DNA of 64,000 bases, taken from the NCBI GenBank assembly GCA_046563655.1, contig CM102285.1, forward strand, positions 13,950,001-14,014,000. The letters run 5' to 3'. The stretch is from Yuukianura sp. NJ FZ-2021. Lineage: Eukaryota. Below the pieces are notes generated by a model. It was not told the DNA's origin. It was given only the letters and a program-made list of their open reading frames with translations, and did no database searches. The translations under genes were made by a program, and so were the position numbers. Shown in pieces: positions 57,539 through 64,000 of the stretch. How positions within the stretch are numbered: position 1 is the first letter of the stretch; each line of letters starts with the position of its first letter.

Positions 57539-60500
57539 ATGGACCATAGACATGCGCACCACAACCATAGCCACTGTCACCATCACAACCAGCAACAACT
57601 ACCTCCTCCTCTGCCACCATTTGACCGGGTAATTGCTTAATTATTCAACTAATTAATTAATTGTCACTGAAATACCCAAAATGTAAGCTAAAGCTGTCAA
57701 AATTTTGATTGTGGTGGCCTGTGGATTTAAAAACAAACGGAAAATACCTTGTGCCAATTTCTTGTTTTCTTTTTTTAACCCCGTAAAATTCGCATGTACT
57801 TGACAGATTTGTGGCAACTGTCAAATTTTTCTTCCGTGTTTGTATAAAAAAAGTGCAGTAAGATGGATTTTGATGTTAAAAGATTAATATCCCGAAGCTG
57901 CGAAATTACATTTTTACCGCAATGACTTTAATTTGTTGGACGGTTCCACTTGGTTGACAGTCAATTTCCTACTAACCTTCAAAACATTTACAATCAGCAT
58001 CCAACGATCCGTTCAATTTTTAAAACCTTAACATTTGGACACTTTAGTTTTCATTTTTTCATACAAATGTAACACAACGAACTTAATTTTAATCTTTAAA
58101 CGCAAAATGACGCTCATTAAGGATTCGATTCAAGAGGAAGATCGTCTCCCATCCCTGATTTCTCACTTTCTTCAAAATTTCAGTTTTGAATTTGTGTCAA
58201 AAATTTTGACACAAAATTTGACCATGAAAACCAGAAAACTGAAAACTTGAATGTTTAAAATTCTAGAATTTTTTTTTTAGATATTCGAAGATTCGAACCG
58301 CATATAGTTGGCTTGCTAGAAAAAGTTTGAAAACCCTAATTGTTGATATTCATTTTACACTGAGATTTTGCATGGAATGTTTGAAGTTTGTAAGTTTTAA
58401 AATGAATCAAGTTTTGAATGGTTTTGTAAGGTAATAATGAGGTTATAGAAAATTTGTCAAAATTTTGAAAACTTTCTTTTAAATTTTGAAATGTGACGGA
58501 ATCTACCTTCTTTTCAGTTTAAATTTTTTTAAAATGTTGACCAAACTGGATCAAATTTTGGAAATTGCCATAACTTGGCGATTTTTTGCGTAAATTGGGT
58601 TAGGAATTCCGCGTGTTCCTGTGTGCCAATTTTTGTGTTTCCTGTGCCATGTCCATCCTTCCGGCACTTTTTTTATATGTTCAGAATGTGGGATACAATT
58701 GGATAGTTTTTCAAGGTGTAAAAAAAGTTTAAGTAGCTCAACTGAAGGGTAAACACTCACAAAAGTATGAACAAACGGTAATTTACGGCGTGCTTTGAGG
58801 TAATCCTCAACATTTTTTTTGCAAAAGTAGTTTATTCTGCTCCTTTGTCACATGTCAGAATTAAAAAAGACAATGTAATTCTGTTTTAAAAGTCCCACTG
58901 TGGAAAAATTTCACATGAATTGTTCTAAATTTTTACGTCATTTTACACTTAACACTTATACGCTCCACCACCGTTCCACCTTCGCCCCACCACAAAGCCC
59001 CACTTTCAATACGGGGAACTCAACTCCGCAACCTCAAAATCCATGGAACCATCACACACTTACATTTCTTTACAATTCACACTTTTCTTTGCAAAATTCA
59101 AACAAAATTCACACACATTTTTACAAATTCTACAAAATGCCAATTCTTTAATAATTCTGCTATTCAAAAACTCGAATTTCTGTGCTTCATGTGCCTACGT
59201 CATTTTTCAATAAAGAAATATTTCAGCAATAACTAAACTTTTACTAATAGAAATAAATAAATAAAACTAAACTTAAATAAAAAGTAAAAGTTATTAAATC
59301 TTTAGATTCATTTAAATACAACATTTGAGCAAACGGACAAATGTTCAAGAACTGCCACCTAAAGTTATTTATGAACATGAATGTTGAAAGTTTTTAATTT
59401 TTTTTTAGCATGGTGGTTTCCCAAGACGAATTTTCCCGCCATTTTCATCGACGAGTTCCAGTAGTTCGACTGATGGCGACATTCGTGTCAACAGCAAATG
59501 TTCAATGCATCGAATCCGCTGTGCTCTGATGTGCTGCGGAATTGTTTTAGTTCTGTTTGGAGCAATTGCTGGCATTTATATTACATGTACGTTTTCAAAA
59601 AGAACAGCGAATTTTTCAAAACACTTCAAAAACTTGGGATTTTTCAAAAATGTTTCTTTCAGATCAAATGCTAAATATTTCTCCAGCGATGGAACAGCTT
59701 TTTAGAGGTTCGTTTCAAATTGTTCAGGGAGATACGTTTAGGCAGTCCCTGATGAATCCATCGTCAGACGACTTCAGAGACACTGCAAAAAAGTACAAAG
59801 GAGCAATCGTAAGTTGCAAAAAATTCTGAAAATTTTGAAATCTTGCATTTTTTTTAATTTTTTTGCAAAGTGAAGTTAAATTTTTCTGGTTCCAGGATTC
59901 CATTTACTCGGAAAGCGTTCTCAGAACTGTTTTCCTGGGTTCAGAAATTTTGGCCTTTAGTGGGTAAGCGCAAGCGATTTTCAGTGTTAAGAATTTTTGA
60001 AAAATTTTGAAAAAAATCTTGTGTTAAAAACGTTTTGTCTAAACTTTGAAGGTTTGACAGAGGGGTGCTTACTGTTCAGTTTAATGTCAATGTCAATACG
60101 AATTTAATCCGAGTAGACGCGGGAGATTTATTTATTACGCTCGCTGAGCGCGTAAGGAGTGCCAAAGGAATTTTGTCTCCCCTCAACGTCACGATTGACG
60201 AAAAATCAATTGTCATACAAGGTAAAAAAAAAATAAAAACTCAAAAATTTAACATCTATCCAAAAACTTTAGACTTCTGTTAAAAATTTTCTACCAAAAA
60301 TACAAAATTTTAGAACGGAACATGGAATTTTTTTACCTTCCGTCATCAACAGACCGCTCAAATTCAAACACAAATTCTCCAACAGATCAAATCATGCTGG
60401 ACAACACTCTGTCCAGGTCAAATGTCACCACTCTTCAGCCATTCCCCACTGCATACCCCACGTTCCCCACGACCTTTGACCCCGTACCATGTGACCCCAT

Positions 60501-62397
60501 CGAAATCGACTTCTGCACCGAATTCAAATCCAGTACATTCCAGGAACAAAGGTCATTGACCCCCAGCATTTTAGCTCAAATGCGCCTAGTAGTTGCTTCT
60601 CGATGTCACCCCTTTGCAGCCCACTTTTTATGTTCCTGGGGCGTGGCCTGTGAAGGGCCCCTCCCTTGTGTAGACTACTGCCAAGAATTCCTGTCTAACT
60701 GCGCCGCAGTACTTCCGAGTGACCTCAAAGGTCAAATCAAATGTGAAGAACGACCGTCATGGCAGGGGTCATCAGGGTCATGTCTACCTAAACCTGGGTG
60801 TGTCGAGAACCTGTACAGGGCAGGTCAAGGTCAAAGAGTTTGTGACGGAGTGATGGACTGCAGTGACTTCTCGGATGAAATCAAATGCCCTTACTGCAAA
60901 CCTGGACACTTCCACTGCGGATCTGGACGAAATTGTATCTCTCCGGACAAAAAATGTGAGTTTAAAAAAGTTGACCTTTGACATTTGATATCGATTTTTG
61001 ACCTTGAACTTTGACCTTTCTTATAGGTGATGGGAAGAAGGATTGTCCAAACGGGTCAGACGAAAAGGCCTGTTTGACCTTGGCCCCTTCAGCGGAAGCT
61101 GCAGGCTATGTTCACCAATATTTCAACGAAGGTTTCATTTTCGTCCATGACCAAGGACGACTCGGGAAACTTTGTGTCGAGCGAAACGATACTGCGCCAG
61201 CATTTTGGCGCGTCGAACAACAAGGACTATTGCAAAACATTGGATCCTCGGCATGCGAACTTCTTGGATTCAGAAAAGTGGCTTTCGTCCGTGTCCAGTC
61301 TGACGTTGAGCCACCTCCAGGCGTAACCCCACCGTATGTCAGAATCCATGACCCCGGATCTTCTTCTGAAGTGACATTCACTGCTGGGCAATGTCCTACT
61401 AGGAAAGTACTTTATGTTGGATGCAACCACCTAGGCAAGGCGCTTGTAATCAAAAGTTTTGCATTTCAATTAATTGATTAACTTAATCGATTGATGATTA
61501 ATCGAATTAATCAGAGTGCGGACAACGACCGGCTTACTTGGACAAGAAGACGAACTTGGTCAGTCACGGAGACTATCCTTGGCATGCCATTTTGCTCAAA
61601 AATGAAAAACACGTTTGCGACGCAACGCTGATAACGTCACAGTGGCTGGTGACGACGCTAGAATGTTTTCGTGGTTCGGAAACCAAGGCCAAGTGGACAG
61701 TCCATTTCGGACGAGTGCGCATGAGCAGTGCCTCACCGTGGCAGCAAGAGCGCAGGATCATCGGAATGGTAATTTTCCAAATTTTGAAAAATTCAAAATT
61801 TCAAATTTTTGAAAATGTTTCTCTTAGGTCAAATCTCCTTTGGGCGATAACTTAGTTTTGATCAAAATGGCTTCGCCAGTGATTTTCTCCGACTTTGCCC
61901 GACATATTTGTTTGCCGGAAGAGCCCGAAGGTGGAATTCGGCACGGTCTGCCACCGTGGGGTCTCCGACCGTCCAAAATCTGTGTTCGGCTGGGCTGGAA
62001 CAAACAAGGTTAGCCTTGACCTAGTTGAGCTTTGACCTTTATGTGTTGACCTTTGACCTATTTTGTTGCAGATGAGGTGGTTGAGACCAGGATGCACGAA
62101 GTTGGACCAGAACTGTGTCCACCGATATCTTCTCCCTGGTTTCCGAACATCACTCGACCTCCGCTGTGTCTAGAAAATACTTTGCCAGGAAAAGACTGTT
62201 TACGTGAAGTTCGGATTCTGCCGGGAGCTCCCCTGTTTTGTCAAAATGAAGACACGAAGGAGTGGGTGTTGAGTGGAATTGCTCCAGGTCAAGGTCACCC
62301 CAAATGTGGGATCGAGAGGTACAGGGTGGCTGCGGTGGGTGGCTCCACAGAGTGGATTCTCAAAACAGTCGAAGTTCTCTCTCATAACACACCGTAA
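57539..62397 (+). CDS. Corin-like type II membrane mosaic protein (TM, SEA, Frizzled CRD, 2x LDLa, SRCR, trypsin-like domain lacking catalytic residues)
   Basis: TM LMCCGIVLVLFGAIAGIYI; SEA-like FRGSFQIVQG; CRD; CDGVMDCSDFSDE and CDGKKDCPNGSDE; LECGQRP; PWHAILLKNEKHVCDATLITSQWLVTTLECF; first exon 57539-57628 less certain. Confidence 0.82.
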
Positions 62398-62564
62398 ACG
62401 AAATTAATCATGAGTTGTATTACTAATGGGGGTTGTTTTTGGAGAAGGGGTGTTAAAATTAAGTTAAAATCAATTAATTAATTAACTAATTAATTAATCC
62501 AATCACTTATTCAAATCTATTTTATTGAAATTTTGAATTCTGACGAATAAATTATTAACATTTG

Positions 62565-62800
62565 CGACTGGCATTGAAGTTTAAAATTTCATGTCGATAA
62601 GATAGCCACGCTAAGCGTCCAAGTTCAAAATGTAAATTTTAGTGGCGCCAAAATTCAAAACTAAAAATTAAAATTTAATAGAAAAAACAAAAAAATTAAA
62701 AAGTGAGTGGCGTTGAAGTTTAAAATTTCGTGTCGATAAGAGTGTGACGCAAAGCGTCTGCTTTCAAAGTTTCAAATCTGAATAGCGCGAAAATTCAAAA
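62565..62800. repeat. Two degenerate direct copies of a roughly 135-bp unit
   Basis: TGGC(A/G)TTGAAGTTTAAAATTTC(A/G)TGTCGATAAGA near 62569 and 62708, each followed by AAGCGTC and GCG..AAAATTCAAAA. Confidence 0.7.
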
Positions 62801-63156
62801 AGTAAAAATCGGCTAAATTGTTTTTCGACAAAAGAATCAAATCCAACTTTACTTTTCCTTTTTTAGCACGAGAACGGTAAACCATTGATTGACATTTAAA
62901 GATTTAAAGTTTATGCCACATTAATTGATAAATTCACCAAATTAATTGGAAAGTTGCAATTGATTTATCACGAAACGAGGCGGAGATCTCAAATTGCTAC
63001 AAGTCGAAAAGTGGAAGTAAAAATCGACAAGATCGGGGTAAGTCATTCTAAAATTCGAAATTCCTTTGAAAATGAAATACACACTTGAAATGAAAACGCA
63101 CTTGCTGTTCTTCGTGCCGTAACTAAACCATGTGCATTTTTTGTCCAGCATACAAA

Positions 63157-63931
63157 ATGTTCAGACGACCAAAGAAACCGATTCGTCCAAGGGTGATAAT
63201 GATTAATGGAGAAGAAGAGGACGATGGAGACATGGACTATGAAGAAAGCAAGGCAGAAAACAATCCAGTAGCACCATCATCTCAAATACTGAAACCAGAG
63301 AAGATAAAGGAGGAAGTAAAAGTACCAAAGAAGTCAACACTGCTGAGTTTCAATGAAGAGAATGATGAAGAAGAAGATGAAATCTTCAAAGTCAAAAAGT
63401 CATCAGTGTCCCGTCGATTGATGAAAGAACGAAAGAAGAAGGAAACGAAACCCAAGAAATCTGATTCCAAACAGGCCACAACGACTGAAAAGGAGGAAGA
63501 TGCTGATGAGAGCATTCTCAAAGTCACAAACTTCGTTAGAATTCTTACCGGCCGAGAAGCAGAAGCCGTCGACATGGAATCCAGTGACGAAGATGACGAT
63601 ACTCATGTCAAATTCAAACCTCGACCGGCAGCAGATGCCGTTTCTGAAGTCCTAAGACGAACTCTTGAAAAAGAACAAATTCCGGATGCCAATTTGATTC
63701 ATGAGATTCGGAAGAAGAGACAAATGGCAAGAGATGGTGGAACAGGTGGAGCTCCGTTTATCCCTGTTGACGATTCTATCACTTACAAACCAAGCAAATC
63801 TCGACTAATCAGAGAAGATGAGAATGACCAGAGTGAAGATGACGATGAGAAGAGGATTGATTTTTCATTTGACTCGGTAAATGCTGACAGAGAGAGACGG
63901 AGAGAAGTTTTTGATGCAGCTCAAGATCAAG
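63157..63931 (+). CDS. PAXBP1: PAX3/7-binding protein 1 (GCFC family), first coding exon; gene continues past the window
   Basis: MFRRPKKPIRPR..., STLLSFNEENDEEEDEIFKVKKS..SRRL, IPDANLIHEIRKKRQMAR; donor G|GTAAGC at 63931; absent from the ORF track because the frame has no stop in the window. Confidence 0.85.
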
Positions 63932-64000
63932 GTAAGCATTGCATTGCCCTGTACCGAATCTTAAAGAAATCAAACCACTGTCTAAATTTTTCGTTTTTAG

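Noticed and set aside
63282..63606. Minus-strand ORFs at the window end
   Set aside because: Antisense to the open PAXBP1 exon

Overview
Gene-dense, intron-rich eukaryotic DNA from an animal, most likely an arthropod with a compact genome. This is inferred from short 60-100 nt GT-AG introns, TATA plus TCATTC initiator promoters and tandem F-box genes; the taxon cannot be fixed from sequence alone. Recognisable genes in order: cytoplasmic actin (+), an unknown coiled-coil gene (-), a small secreted 2xLDLa protein (+), two tandem Hedgehog/intein (Hint + sterol-recognition, 'Hog') domain genes with uninterrupted coding regions (-), CNPPD1 (-), RPS12 (+), paraplegin/SPG7 (+), twisted gastrulation (+), a kinectin/RRBP1-like ER coiled-coil protein (+), a long ankyrin with large acidic tail exons (-), two tandem F-box/LRR-like paralogues (-), a FAM210/DUF1279-like gene (-), RABL6 (+), a corin-like SEA-Fz-LDLa-SRCR pseudoprotease (+) and the 5' end of PAXBP1 (+). 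The most striking observation is the pair of stand-alone Hog genes. Each has its own TATA/Inr promoter and no upstream ATG, so the only N-terminal cargo in front of the catalytic Cys is a 5- or 7-residue Cys-rich peptide (MCICC, MCLCLPF). They may therefore be self-processing precursors of tiny lipidated or cyclic peptides rather than Hedgehog-like morphogens. This functional reading is inference and needs testing.
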